The notes beneath the pieces were generated by a model. It was not told the origin of the DNA. It worked only from the letters and a program-made list of their open reading frames with translations, and did no database searches. Below, in pieces: positions 30,204 to 41,181 of a stretch of DNA of 64,000 nt. The stretch lies in the IMG/VR virus record IMGVR_UViG_3300047159_000046; one strand, given 5' to 3'. The stretch is from a virus (taxonomy: Duplodnaviria; Caudoviricetes). The position numbers and the translations under genes are program-made. How positions within the stretch are numbered: position 1 is the stretch's first letter; the number at the start of each line of letters is the position of its first letter.

Positions 30204-31172
30204 ATGCTTCATAACAAGTTTTTCATAATATCAATGACATCATGGAGGAAAAGAATAGGAATTGTTTGTAATACCATCAACAGTCTTTTTAACCAATCTT
30301 TTCCTCCAGACCGAATTGTGTTCAATTTATCTAAAGATGAATTTCCGAGTGGTTATGCAGAACTTCCTGAAAATCTAATATCATTGATTAACAGGGGACT
30401 TGAAATAGAATGGGTGCAAGCGAATTCAAAATCATTCAAGAAATTAATTCCGACACTGGACAAATACAGGGATGCAATAGTAATGACAGCTGATGATGAT
30501 TTGATATATCCTTATAATTTTGTTCAGAACATAGCTAATAATTATAATGACAGACCTTTGTCGTTGAACTTAGGAAGAACATGGATGAGCGGATATGCTT
30601 CTGTCTATGAATACAGATTCTTCGGAAAATACCTACATGCTTTCGATAGGTGGGAGGTTTGGAGGACAAATGAAGATGATATAGCTTATGGAGTTTTAAT
30701 GATGTTAAACGGCTTTTCTTGCGATTTTTGTCATGATCCTTATTGGCAATATATGCACCAAGTGGATGAGGGCAATGGATTGGGAAGGACAGGAGCCTAT
30801 AATTCAAAAAGAAATGATATATGGTTTAACGGATATATATCAAGGAGATATGGTGTCGATTATAATTGGCTTAGAAACAATATATCACAACATAACAGTT
30901 TTGAATTAAATGATAAGGAACCATATTCTGATGATACGGCAATACAAACATATATAGACATACAGTTTAATCCCGTAGAAGAACAACCAATCACTGTGCC
31001 TATGGAGGTGCCAGTAATAATAGTGGAACCTCCTAAACCTCAACCTGAACCTAAACCGAAACCGAAACCACAGGAATTCAAGGACGGGAAAAAGGTTATC
31101 AGCAAGAATACAACCATAGTGATTAACAACAGTAGTAAAAAATTGAGAAAAATCATAACAAAAGGAGCTTAA
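30204..31172 (+). CDS. Glycosyltransferase (GT-A) with a Pro-rich linker and basic C-terminal tail
   Basis: ISMTSW..RI, KKLIPTL, TADDDLIY, EDD. Confidence 0.8.
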   Translation: MLHNKFFIISMTSWRKRIGIVCNTINSLFNQSFPPDRIVFNLSKDEFPSGYAELPENLISLINRGLEIEWVQANSKSFKKLIPTLDKYRDAIVMTADDDLIYPYNFVQNIANNYNDRPLSLNLGRTWMSGYASVYEYRFFGKYLHAFDRWEVWRTNEDDIAYGVLMMLNGFSCDFCHDPYWQYMHQVDEGNGLGRTGAYNSKRNDIWFNGYISRRYGVDYNWLRNNISQHNSFELNDKEPYSDDTAIQTYIDIQFNPVEEQPITVPMEVPVIIVEPPKPQPEPKPKPKPQEFKDGKKVISKNTTIVINNSSKKLRKIITKGA

Positions 31173-31215
31173 TGTTAAATAATATTCATTATATTTGCCA
31201 TGTTAATAAATATGT

Positions 31216-32814
31216 ATGATAATGCTGCACGATAAGGAATTTATTGTTTCATTGACTTCTTGGAAAAAACGTATTGATATAGTTCATAATGCTATTGAAA
31301 GTATTATGAACCAAACAGTTAAACCAGATAAAATAGTTCTTAATCTTTCTTTGGATGAATTTCCATCTGGAAATGATGAACTTCCAGAAAATCTAACATC
31401 ACTGATTGAAAATGGTTTGGAAATAGGATGGGTGAAAAAAAACTCCCGTTCATTTAAAAAATTGATTCCTACTCTTGACAAGTATAGAGATGCGATTGTT
31501 ATGACTATAGATGATGATATCGTTTATCCTAACGATTTTATTGAGAAAAAAATTCCATTATATCATGACAAGCCTCTATCTTTTGATAACGGACATTTGT
31601 TTATGACTGGTTATTGCTCTTTTTATGAATATCGTTTCTTCGGTGATTATCTCCATAAATTTGACAATGAACTTGTTTGGTATTCAAATGAGGATGATAT
31701 GGCATACGGTATATTAATGATGCTGAATTCAACAGAAATTGATTATCAGATAGATAAATATCATGATACAATAATCGAGGTGGATGACGAAAATAGTATG
31801 TCCCGCAATAATAAATATAACACGTTTGAAAATTACAGATGGTTTTATGCTTATTTGAAAAAACGTTTTGGATTGACTCTTGCCGAACTTATAGCAAACA
31901 ATACCAAACATATAGTCAAGACGTACAAAGATAATACACCAATGATTAATTTGGATACATTGATGATTTATGAATATATGAAAGAAAGATATCCTCTTGT
32001 GTCCATGATTGTCCTGAATAAGGACAGAAGCGATCTTATGCAGAATCTCCTTGCATCTATTAAGGATAAATGCAAATATCCATCTTCCTGTCTTAGAATT
32101 TATATTGCTGATACAGGAAGTTCGGAACAGGAAAAAGACAAGATTAAGACAATAATAGGAAATCTTAATCTTCCTTATTATATCTGCATGGCAGAATATG
32201 ATTATTACAATTTTGCAAAGATTAATAATGATATGGTTAAAAAACATATCAAATCAGATACTAAACTCTTGCTGTTCTGTAACAATGATATTGTTCTTGA
32301 AAATGATGCCATTTCAAATATGGTTGATGCTTATGTATCAGAATCAAAGAAACACAATGTAGGTACTATTGGAGCAAGATTGAATTATGGTGACGGAACA
32401 ATTCAGCATCTCGGTATTCATCTTGTGACAAATGGAAAGGTGATTGCTTTTGAACATATAGGTAGCCATAAGAAAATAGAAGATATAAAACCTGAAGATA
32501 AAGAACATACACATGCCGTTTTCGCCAATACATTCGCTTTCGCAATGATAAATAAAGATATCTTTGAAAAATTCGGATTGCTTGACGAAGTATTCAAGTC
32601 TTGTTTTGAGGATGTCGATCTTAATTTTAAGTTGTATAAAAACGGATATGTAAATATATTAAATCCAAACGCTATATGTACCCATTATGAATCATTGACA
32701 AGAAAAAACACGGTGGATAACGATGACTTAATGTGCATGTTCCAACGTGTTCTTAAAGATGAAAAGATTTATAATTATTTCATAAACAAAAACAAAGAAA
32801 ATAAACAAAAATGA
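31216..32814 (+). CDS. Two-domain glycosyltransferase (paralog of the upstream gene plus a GT2 domain)
   Basis: VSLTSW..TIDDDIVY; second domain ADTGS, NFAKINN, CNNDI, FEDVDL, HYES. Confidence 0.85.
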   Translation: MIMLHDKEFIVSLTSWKKRIDIVHNAIESIMNQTVKPDKIVLNLSLDEFPSGNDELPENLTSLIENGLEIGWVKKNSRSFKKLIPTLDKYRDAIVMTIDDDIVYPNDFIEKKIPLYHDKPLSFDNGHLFMTGYCSFYEYRFFGDYLHKFDNELVWYSNEDDMAYGILMMLNSTEIDYQIDKYHDTIIEVDDENSMSRNNKYNTFENYRWFYAYLKKRFGLTLAELIANNTKHIVKTYKDNTPMINLDTLMIYEYMKERYPLVSMIVLNKDRSDLMQNLLASIKDKCKYPSSCLRIYIADTGSSEQEKDKIKTIIGNLNLPYYICMAEYDYYNFAKINNDMVKKHIKSDTKLLLFCNNDIVLENDAISNMVDAYVSESKKHNVGTIGARLNYGDGTIQHLGIHLVTNGKVIAFEHIGSHKKIEDIKPEDKEHTHAVFANTFAFAMINKDIFEKFGLLDEVFKSCFEDVDLNFKLYKNGYVNILNPNAICTHYESLTRKNTVDNDDLMCMFQRVLKDEKIYNYFINKNKENKQK

Positions 32815-33200
32815 ATTCCATCCAACTTAGACAAATTATCATATCCAATCTGTTAGGAAATAGATATGAACTCAATGTATCTAATAGTGACAAACAGTCA
32901 AAATATTTTGAAAAAACGAATAGTGATAAATCGGAAAGGTATGTTGTGAGAGTTTCCAATCATTGCTCCAGCAAGTTGACATGGCAACAAAAATATTGCG
33001 GTAAGAATGACAACCACATTTACACTAACTGTTATGATATTGTTATATTTGAACCTGATATAGATGGAGTCCAAAAGTGCAATTTTAAAGATGAAAGATT
33101 CGTAGTTCAATATGTATATAATACAGTCAATAAAACCGAAAAAGAAATACGCAAATTTATTGACAGTATTAATTTTCATACCAAATTAATTAATTATTGA
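32811..33200 (+). CDS. Hypothetical protein with an RVSNH motif (polyvalent-protein-associated-like)
   Basis: SKYF..YVVRVSNH. Confidence 0.5.
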   Translation: MNSIQLRQIIISNLLGNRYELNVSNSDKQSKYFEKTNSDKSERYVVRVSNHCSSKLTWQQKYCGKNDNHIYTNCYDIVIFEPDIDGVQKCNFKDERFVVQYVYNTVNKTEKEIRKFIDSINFHTKLINY

Positions 33201-34024
33201 TTTTCCTTTTCCAATAAGCTCAAGAAATCTATCTTTTCTTGGGTTTTTTCGTTTATGCTCCAATAATTATCCATTGTTATCTTGAAATCCTCATTGTCAA
33301 TTCTTCCAATTTTCATTTTCTTTCTATAAAACTCTTCGAGTGATTTTGTTTTATAATGTTTGATATAAGCATAATCATAATTTATATCATTCCACGGATA
33401 AGCTCTTTCAAAGACCAGATTTCCCTTGTTGTTGCATACTTTTGTCGTATCTTTCAGTATAACGGGTGTATGTGGCTGAGTGTCAAATTTCAATGTTTTG
33501 TCTTTGTTTATGGATGTATGCAAAATTGATTTGATATGAAAATTTTCAGAAAATTTGTAGGAATCTGTTTGTGTAATAGGGAGTGGAAAGGGAAATCTAT
33601 CCCGTAATAATCCTTCGGTCTTTCTTATATTCCCACAATCACCATATATTCTCCAATTAATATGTATGATATCCTTATCCGAAAAGCAGGGTAACGATAG
33701 ATAGTCTTTTATGTTATCAAAATTATTACTAAGTGTAAGGTATTCATCAACATCAAAAAATGCTATAAAATCAAAATAATCGGTAAAGGTGTCTATTGCG
33801 TGATTATATGCTGCCATCTGACAATTCTTCTGGTCCCTGACATTCATTATGAGGACTTTATTGTTGTTTATATAATCAGATAGAACGGTATCAAAACTTT
33901 CCTCTCCTGTCCTGTTATTGTCATATATTATGATATTGTCAAATTCCAAATTTAGATAATAATCACAAAACTCTTTAATATAACTGTTTTCCATTCTGGC
34001 TATAGCAATAAGTCCTACTTTCAT
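33194..34024 (-). CDS. Glycosyltransferase family 92/2-like
   Basis: IARMEN.YIKEF..YY, IYDNN, AFFDVDEY, HIKSI, HY.TKS.EEF. Confidence 0.85.
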   Translation of the reverse strand: MKVGLIAIARMENSYIKEFCDYYLNLEFDNIIIYDNNRTGEESFDTVLSDYINNNKVLIMNVRDQKNCQMAAYNHAIDTFTDYFDFIAFFDVDEYLTLSNNFDNIKDYLSLPCFSDKDIIHINWRIYGDCGNIRKTEGLLRDRFPFPLPITQTDSYKFSENFHIKSILHTSINKDKTLKFDTQPHTPVILKDTTKVCNNKGNLVFERAYPWNDINYDYAYIKHYKTKSLEEFYRKKMKIGRIDNEDFKITMDNYWSINEKTQEKIDFLSLLEKENQ

Positions 34025-34116
34025 TCTGTCTTTTCTTAAAAAATAACATAAAAAAAAAGGTCCAGAATAAAAATTCTGAACCTTTTATCATAAATGAGGT
34101 TATTAACCTCTTTGGT

Positions 34117-36009
34117 TTAACGGAACTCTGCGGTGCTCCAGCTTACCAAACCATCTACTCTGACATGGCCATAGTATTTGTTATTGATAAGTTTCTTTGC
34201 ATATCTTGTCATAATACCCTTAACTGGTGCGAAGTTAAATGGATTAGTCAAGGTAGGAGTCAACTGCAATGGAATATAAGGTGCGTAAACGTATCCTGTT
34301 TCAAGCAATGTGTTACCCTTATGACCAACTATAACTGAATATGATGGAGAATAAGAATCTACATATACCTGCAACTGGTTGTTCAACGAACCAATTCTCT
34401 CAATACCCATTGAATACTTATCACTTTCGGCTGATGCATCAGTTACATGGAAATACTCAAGGTTGTTCAGCAAACAAGAAACTTCAGGAGAAACTACGAT
34501 AAAGTTGGCTGCGCCAAGCAATGTAGATTTCTGAATCTGTGCTGAAATCTGGTTGATAGTTGTAAACAGCTCCTGATTCCAGTCCTTCTGGGTGTAGTTG
34601 GTTGAATAGCCCTTCAGATGCTTCCATCCGTTGGCATCAAATCTCAATGACCATGCACCTGCCTTACGAAGGTCTCTCAAAATCTCACGGTCTATCTCAG
34701 CACTAATCTGTTCAGAAAGCAATGAGGTTAACTCTGCCTCTGTATCAATATTATGGAATGCTGAAATATCCTGTTGCAACTCTGGTGACCATGTAGCTCT
34801 CAACTTACGCTCTGTAACAGAAATGGTAGTAGAAGACATATTGAATGAAACCTCACCAATCTCTGTCTCCAACTCCAATGAGTCGTAAGAACACCAAGCA
34901 ACTTCCAAGTTGTCTACAAACTTAGTATTAACAGCTGGATCTATTCCGATATATCCATCAGTTGTAAGAGCTGAAGTAGTAGGAACCATGGTATCAATCT
35001 CAATATACATCTCGCCATTAGCGTTACATACATTTGAATTGTATTCTACCAATCCTGCACCCCACTTGATAGGTTTGATATGAACAGGGAACTGTGCATA
35101 CTGTGCGAAAGCAGCGGAACCAGAAGTGTTTGCTGAAATGGCAGCCTTTGTAATTACCTTCAAAGATGCAAGGAATTCCTCAGTATCCTGCTCGTTTCCA
35201 TCAGGACCTGTAAGTTTACCAGTGTTGTAATTAGAGAATCCAGAAACTTTAAGAATAACCTTTCTAACTGTATTATCAATAGAAGATACCTCTATATCAG
35301 CTACTGTCATTGCTGATCCTGCTGTATTGGTAGCACTATAACCGCTTGCAGTAAGTCTAACCAATGTAGGTTTAACAGAAGCGATAGTAATCTTACCCTT
35401 TGAATTATCAAACAAACCATCATCATAGAACATATCATACAATGATTTTTGATAATTGACAGACAATCCATAAGGAGCTGCGGTAGTAAGAGCCGTAGGA
35501 ACAACCTCATCTGGAAGATAATATCTTGGCTCAATCTGACCTGCGTCAGTTCTTGAAGAAAGAACTCTTGAAGTTCTCTCGTATCCCATCATACCAGTAT
35601 GAGAGAATGTAGAACCATCTGGAATATATCCTTCAGGAGTTCCAGCAGGAATATTAGGAGTTCTTACAGTAGTAGTAGGGCTAATGAAGAATATTTTACC
35701 TACTGGCATGTTCATAGCCTGTACTGATACGATATCATTGGCGAGCAACTTAGAGAATACACGTCTAATGATAGGGAATACTACAGTCTGGAACTGTCCA
35801 CTCTGATCTGCAGAGTTTGCCTCAGACAATATCTTCTTAGCCTGGTTCTCGTACAGTGTAGAGATATTCTCTTTCAATGCACCTGTCAAACCGTTTGTAA
35901 ATCCGAGCTTATCCCATCTTTCAGAGATAATATTTCTTTGTTTACGTTGTTCGTCCAACTCTATGGTACCAACTTGGTTACTTCTTAACCAATCTGCGTT
36001 TCCAAACAT
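34117..36009 (-). CDS. Major capsid protein (T4 gp23-like) with a Ser/Thr/Ala-rich insertion
   Basis: FPIIRRVF..DIVSVQAM..PVG, RKLRATWSPEL.QD, EIDREIL, GYVYAPYIPL, GIMTRYA. Confidence 0.95.
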   Translation of the reverse strand: MFGNADWLRSNQVGTIELDEQRKQRNIISERWDKLGFTNGLTGALKENISTLYENQAKKILSEANSADQSGQFQTVVFPIIRRVFSKLLANDIVSVQAMNMPVGKIFFISPTTTVRTPNIPAGTPEGYIPDGSTFSHTGMMGYERTSRVLSSRTDAGQIEPRYYLPDEVVPTALTTAAPYGLSVNYQKSLYDMFYDDGLFDNSKGKITIASVKPTLVRLTASGYSATNTAGSAMTVADIEVSSIDNTVRKVILKVSGFSNYNTGKLTGPDGNEQDTEEFLASLKVITKAAISANTSGSAAFAQYAQFPVHIKPIKWGAGLVEYNSNVCNANGEMYIEIDTMVPTTSALTTDGYIGIDPAVNTKFVDNLEVAWCSYDSLELETEIGEVSFNMSSTTISVTERKLRATWSPELQQDISAFHNIDTEAELTSLLSEQISAEIDREILRDLRKAGAWSLRFDANGWKHLKGYSTNYTQKDWNQELFTTINQISAQIQKSTLLGAANFIVVSPEVSCLLNNLEYFHVTDASAESDKYSMGIERIGSLNNQLQVYVDSYSPSYSVIVGHKGNTLLETGYVYAPYIPLQLTPTLTNPFNFAPVKGIMTRYAKKLINNKYYGHVRVDGLVSWSTAEFR

Positions 36010-36060
36010 TTTATTTGTTATTTTGTTTTTTTATTAATATTTTTTGATTTATGAATGGTA

Positions 36061-37608
36061 TTATAATTTTTCCATTCTATCCATCAAATCCAGACAAGCA
36101 TTCATGTCTTTCGATTCATAAATAGTTGTCGCTTTTGTATCAACAGATCTTTCAGCTATTGGCTTGTCTATTGATTCGTGTATATTTACAGGTTTCCGAT
36201 TTAGCGTTCTTTTAAGAGTATTGTACATCATCTTACTTTCCTGCAATGTTTTTGCCTTTGTCATCTGATTCAAAATATCCAACTTCTCATTCTGGGTTGT
36301 TGAATTTTCCGAAATCAATTTAATGGCATTTCCCAAATTAGCATTAAGAACAGATGCCTCATTCAATTTAGAATTGAATGAATGATTGGCAACTTTCAAC
36401 TTTTGCTCAAATATATTGAGTGCCTGTTTAAGTTTTCTGTTCTCATTGAAAATAGAATGGGCTTTACTCATGATTGTAGACTCATTAGTATTTCCGACAT
36501 AACGTCCGTTCTTGCTGATTTCGTGAGCTGTATGAGGAGGGTATTGCATTGTTTCTTCAGTTTCGGAATTCTTAACTCTGCTTCTTCTTACTCTGTTTCT
36601 TGCACCTCTTGTAAGTCCCTCTTCCAGTCCGCTTCCATCAACCATTGACGGAGTTTCATCTTCTGAATCGTCTATTTCATAGATTGCCTCTTCATTCTCC
36701 AGACCACACTTGCAATTACCATTTTTTCCGCAACCACACTTGTCATACGGAGTAGCTCTTCTCTGCAATTTGCTATAAGGTCTTGCGTTTCCGTGAGGAA
36801 CGCCAGCATCCCAATCGTTTCCTTGCTTCTTGTCCGAAGGCAGTGTCATTACGTCTTTTTTCTGATAATCATCAGTGTATCCGAGATTTTCCTGTAAATT
36901 CAACTCGTAAAGTTTTGATTCTTTCATCTTATTTCTTTTATTTGTCGAATTTTCATCACCATCGTCATCAAGTAATATTTCGGTATCATCATCATCGTCA
37001 TCATCTGGCTCAATGGTGAATGTAACCTCCTCTTCGGCGTCATCAGGTGCTGGTAAATTGCGCAATTTATCGTCATCGTCATCATCCAAATCGTCATCAC
37101 TATCTGCATGGTTGCCTTTTTCGGTAGGGATAATCACATACTCGGTATCATCATCAGTGTTGGTTACCTTGTACACATTATCGTCTTCCTGTTTAACGAC
37201 TATCTGGTCGCTGTCTTGAAGAATAGAGTATATTTTACCCATATCTTTGTCTTCTACATTACTGAAGTCATACTCTCCGTTCCCGATTTTGTATTTATCG
37301 AAGTCCTTCCATTCCTTTCCCTTGACGTCATCACTTTCGTTACCGTCACTTTCCTTATCCGAAGTCTCAGTGTCGTCATCATCGTCACTGTCAACATCGA
37401 AATTCGGGTCCTCGTCATCATCGGTTTGAGTATCTTTTACTCCTTTTCCCTTATCCTGTTTGGATTCGGCATTATCCTCATTGATAAGTTTAGATATATC
37501 ATCATATATAGCCTCCTTACTCAAATCCTTAATGATACTTCCAGAATTTTCTTTTAGTGTCTTGTTAATATCATTGAGTTCGTACAGGCTTTCTTTAAGT
37601 TCTTTCAT
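36061..37608 (-). CDS. Prohead core/scaffold protein
   Basis: Highly acidic, many I/L-x-E sites, located between protease and MCP; TATTTAT at 37643. Confidence 0.75.
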   Translation of the reverse strand: MKELKESLYELNDINKTLKENSGSIIKDLSKEAIYDDISKLINEDNAESKQDKGKGVKDTQTDDDEDPNFDVDSDDDDDTETSDKESDGNESDDVKGKEWKDFDKYKIGNGEYDFSNVEDKDMGKIYSILQDSDQIVVKQEDDNVYKVTNTDDDTEYVIIPTEKGNHADSDDDLDDDDDDKLRNLPAPDDAEEEVTFTIEPDDDDDDDTEILLDDDGDENSTNKRNKMKESKLYELNLQENLGYTDDYQKKDVMTLPSDKKQGNDWDAGVPHGNARPYSKLQRRATPYDKCGCGKNGNCKCGLENEEAIYEIDDSEDETPSMVDGSGLEEGLTRGARNRVRRSRVKNSETEETMQYPPHTAHEISKNGRYVGNTNESTIMSKAHSIFNENRKLKQALNIFEQKLKVANHSFNSKLNEASVLNANLGNAIKLISENSTTQNEKLDILNQMTKAKTLQESKMMYNTLKRTLNRKPVNIHESIDKPIAERSVDTKATTIYESKDMNACLDLMDRMEKL

Positions 37609-37678
37609 ATACTTTTAATTAAAAAAGTTTTTTATTTTACTAATAAATACAAAGCACAAACCATTTTATCGTATTTTT

Positions 37679-38875
37679 TTACAATAAAATTTTATTTATT
37701 CTTTCAAGTTTCTCTCTTATAGCCATATTATGCTTATCAAGAGAATAATCCTTGCTTTCTATATATTGTTGTAAATTATCCATATTGCAGTCAATATAGG
37801 ACCCTGGAGTACTTGGAGATGAAACAACATCCCAACAAATCAACTCATAATCATCACCAACAACCGTTGTTCCCATAATATCCTTTACAGATCCGACACC
37901 CCTTGAAGAAACTCCTATTTTGTAACCTCGTATGATAAGATTGGCAACCTGATCTCCACAGGTACATACGGTTCCATCCTGTATGAATTTATTTGACAGA
38001 AATATTTCCATCTGTCCTACAAGAGTATGTTCCTCCCAGTGCAATTCTGTTATCAAGTGTGATACCCTGCTAAGGTCTATACTTGAAGATTCTGGATGAT
38101 TGCAATTATGAGTCCAGTGGGGAACCATATCTGCATATTTGACATACCATGTATGGTTTTCCACTTCTGGACAATAAGTACTTTCCTTATAATCCTCAAG
38201 CGTTACTGTAAGATTTTCCACTTTGATATCATTATCAGATGGTTTTCCATCTTCTGAAATCTTGATATATAAATCATTATAATCAGCAGTAGTCATGATA
38301 TCAGATGCCATGACGGTACATACAAATTCACCCGTCTTTTTAAACAAAGGATATTTGTGTTTTAGGGTAACCGTATCTTTTATGTTTTTATTGTCTGATA
38401 TGGTTATCATATTGGAACAATCCTCTTTTTTTACCATTCTTTTAACAGGATTGTTCTCTACATTATTAGTATGCAGATTAAGAGTTTTGATAGAATCTCC
38501 CTCTTTGACCTCATCTATCCGTTTCCATGATCCGTCTGACATTTTTACCAACGCATCTGCAGGAAAACACTCTCCATAAGAGCTTCTTTCGTCTATAAGT
38601 TTCTGATACGCTATTACCTGCTGCTTCAAAGTCTCTTCTGGATATATTCTTCCATTGGCATTTTTGATACCATATTTTTGAAATACCGCATTAACTATGA
38701 ATGGCTGTGGAACATACCACTTGCCATTCCCATTTTCCATTCCTTCTTTCAGGTTTTTAGGAGCCATGATAGGACTTGTAGAAGATACTGAATTAGGCAA
38801 TACATACCCATCATTTTCAATCAACAATCCTTTTCCATACTGGCCTTTCTGTATTTCTGTTAAAATATGACTCAT
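37679..38875 (-). CDS. Prohead core protease (T4 gp21-like), intein-containing
   Basis: NANGRIYP, GE/CNHP, VSH, IGVSSRGVGS, WDVVSSPS. Confidence 0.93.
   Translation of the reverse strand: MSHILTEIQKGQYGKGLLIENDGYVLPNSVSSTSPIMAPKNLKEGMENGNGKWYVPQPFIVNAVFQKYGIKNANGRIYPEETLKQQVIAYQKLIDERSSYGECFPADALVKMSDGSWKRIDEVKEGDSIKTLNLHTNNVENNPVKRMVKKEDCSNMITISDNKNIKDTVTLKHKYPLFKKTGEFVCTVMASDIMTTADYNDLYIKISEDGKPSDNDIKVENLTVTLEDYKESTYCPEVENHTWYVKYADMVPHWTHNCNHPESSSIDLSRVSHLITELHWEEHTLVGQMEIFLSNKFIQDGTVCTCGDQVANLIIRGYKIGVSSRGVGSVKDIMGTTVVGDDYELICWDVVSSPSTPGSYIDCNMDNLQQYIESKDYSLDKHNMAIREKLERINKILL
38105..38569 (-). other. Mini-intein (155 aa, no homing endonuclease)
   Basis: Begins CFPADALV..GSWKRIDEVKEGD; block B VTLKHKY; ends TYCPEVENHTWYV..WTHN followed by C. 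Confidence 0.92.
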
Positions 38876-38909
38876 TGTTAGTGTTTTCAAATAAATAGTG
38901 TTATTTATT

Positions 38910-39833
38910 TCATTTTTTTATAAAACGTCTTATAATAGCTGCTCTGTTATTATTCACCAATCCGATGCTATGAACTCTGTTTATATTATTCCTGATAATC
39001 AACGGATTAAATCTTCTTGACGAAACATGTAAATAATCAACAGGAGTTTGTGAGATGTCGTATTTGTTGTTCCATACATAAGGATAACTATGGATATCAA
39101 AATGATTAAATAGAAACCATGCAGAACCAATACGCTCGGAGGTGAATCCGTTAAATCTTGCTTGGTCATTTCTATCCAATATAAGATATGGACTTTCTTG
39201 CTGGCATTTATCTGAATGATTCTTATAGTTTTTAGGAGTTATTCCGAATCTCTTGTCATGCTCGAACAGCAAACCGAACATAAAAGAGCAATATCTTTCA
39301 AAATTACCGACACTCATTATAAATGAATTCTTTCCATAAAACAAAGTGTTTTTTGTGTTGAAATACTCCTTGCAAAATTCATAGAAAGGTTTATCTGTAT
39401 CATGAATGATATCCATGTCCATATCGAAATCCTGATATAGATGGTCACTGTAATAACACCATCTAATGGATTTGACTCCATATCCCTCTTTGTTGAAAAG
39501 AATTATCTTTTGGTCGTTATCGAAATATTGGTCTGGATTGTGTAATATCATATCCGCATCATTTCCGAAATCAAACCAACGTCTGTAATGACAGAAACCA
39601 ACATATTTTAGATTCGGATATAATCTTTTATAGTTTTTCCAAACCCAGTATATGGCTGTCAATTCACAGTAATAACAATTCCTATCACTTATATTATCTC
39701 CTGTATTGTCTTTCAAAGGACATAAATCCATATCCTTATGAAGTTCTGCTCCTACCTGAATAGGAACAAAGGTGTCATTGTCCTTAATTGATACATTGTG
39801 TGTCGGAACAAAAATTTTAAGTATTTCACTCAT
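38910..39833 (-). CDS. DUF4422-family glycosyltransferase (galactofuranosyl-transferase-like)
   Basis: PIQVGA..DNTGDNIS..N.YYCELTA.YWVWKN..VGFCHYRR..SER. Confidence 0.85.
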   Translation of the reverse strand: MSEILKIFVPTHNVSIKDNDTFVPIQVGAELHKDMDLCPLKDNTGDNISDRNCYYCELTAIYWVWKNYKRLYPNLKYVGFCHYRRWFDFGNDADMILHNPDQYFDNDQKIILFNKEGYGVKSIRWCYYSDHLYQDFDMDMDIIHDTDKPFYEFCKEYFNTKNTLFYGKNSFIMSVGNFERYCSFMFGLLFEHDKRFGITPKNYKNHSDKCQQESPYLILDRNDQARFNGFTSERIGSAWFLFNHFDIHSYPYVWNNKYDISQTPVDYLHVSSRRFNPLIIRNNINRVHSIGLVNNNRAAIIRRFIKK

Positions 39834-39911
39834 TCAAAAAATATTATAAATGATAATATATTATAAGTTAACTGTATTTTAGATACTTAAATTGTAATAT
39901 AGTATTAGTTA

Positions 39912-40217
39912 TTATATACTGTGGTCTACATATTCAAAGAGTCTGAAAAATGACAATCCTCCAGAAGTTGAAAATGTTATGACATTATCGTTATTCCTAT
40001 AAATCACCTTTCCTCCATTAATAACATCGTTTTCTGTAAGCAACGAATTGGAAGAATAGAATTCGTTTTCTCCAAGTTCGGATAAAATAGAATGAATATT
40101 CTCCACATCGTTGTTTTGAAGATGTTTTTGCATTTCATCAAATATTTCTCTTGTATCTCCAAAATTGCAGCAAGTCACTCTTTCGAGATAAGCAGGTTCT
40201 TTGATTTGTGTTTCCAT
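39912..40217 (-). CDS. Hypothetical protein in the head operon
   Basis: 101-aa ORF coupled to the upstream gene. Confidence 0.6.
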   Translation of the reverse strand: METQIKEPAYLERVTCCNFGDTREIFDEMQKHLQNNDVENIHSILSELGENEFYSSNSLLTENDVINGGKVIYRNNDNVITFSTSGGLSFFRLFEYVDHSI

Positions 40218-40218
40218 G

Positions 40219-41181
40219 TTATTTTGTTGGTTGTTCTATCAATTCTTTCATATCAAGAAGTATAGCGACCTGTTCTGTAATATTGTTTTCCTCAAATTCC
40301 ATTTTGTTCAACTTATCTTCCAACTCCTTGATAAGATTTATATTCTCCTCACTTACATCATCTCCTTTAAGCAATTCATGTATCAGATGCTGATTGTTTT
40401 CTTTTAATTTTTGGAAAATTGCTTTTTTCTTTGGCTTATCTTCATCTTTGTCGGATTTCAATGTCTGCAGAATTTGCTTTTCCGATTTATCCATTTTTGA
40501 ATGTTTCTTGTTGAATTTGTCAATCATTACACATACACTGTTTCGTTTTTCCTCCGTGTCTTTATCTTCCTTCTTGTCTTTTGAGTGCTGTTCAATATAT
40601 TTGGCAATTTTACTTTTGTTCTCATATAGAGATGCTATTTTAAGAACATCCATATCATGATTTATAACATTCTGGCAACTTTCATAAAAAGCCATTCTTT
40701 CTGGATTAATCATATCCTCATCAATGGTAATCTTGTATTTCTTCATGAAATTAACCATCTTGTCGTTTGATTCATTAATGGTCTTAGGATTTATTTCCTT
40801 TTTAATACGTTTAGTGACCTCGTCTATAAAACCTTTTGAATCTCCTATTGTTTTATTGTAGGTATCAATAGCGTCAAAAAATTTATTTTCGGACACAAGA
40901 TTTTTGTCTGATTTCATCATGGAAATATAATCAGCAATAGGTTTTTTGTTCTCTTTCAAATATTCAGAAGAAACATACTTTTTGATGGCATTGTTCATAA
41001 CACCAAATGTTTTTGATGGATTCTCAAAATATTCATTTACCCGTTTTGCCTCCTCGAATAAAGCATCCGCTTTTTCCTTGTGTTTGGTTGCCTCGTATAA
41101 ATCATTATTTCCTATAGCCTGTGACATTTTGGATATCTCATTCATCCACTGTGTCTTAAAATTCTTGTCTATTTTCATCAT
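40219..41181 (-). CDS. Putative prohead core protein
   Basis: Charged helical protein directly downstream of the portal gene. Confidence 0.6.
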   Translation of the reverse strand: MMKIDKNFKTQWMNEISKMSQAIGNNDLYEATKHKEKADALFEEAKRVNEYFENPSKTFGVMNNAIKKYVSSEYLKENKKPIADYISMMKSDKNLVSENKFFDAIDTYNKTIGDSKGFIDEVTKRIKKEINPKTINESNDKMVNFMKKYKITIDEDMINPERMAFYESCQNVINHDMDVLKIASLYENKSKIAKYIEQHSKDKKEDKDTEEKRNSVCVMIDKFNKKHSKMDKSEKQILQTLKSDKDEDKPKKKAIFQKLKENNQHLIHELLKGDDVSEENINLIKELEDKLNKMEFEENNITEQVAILLDMKELIEQPTK

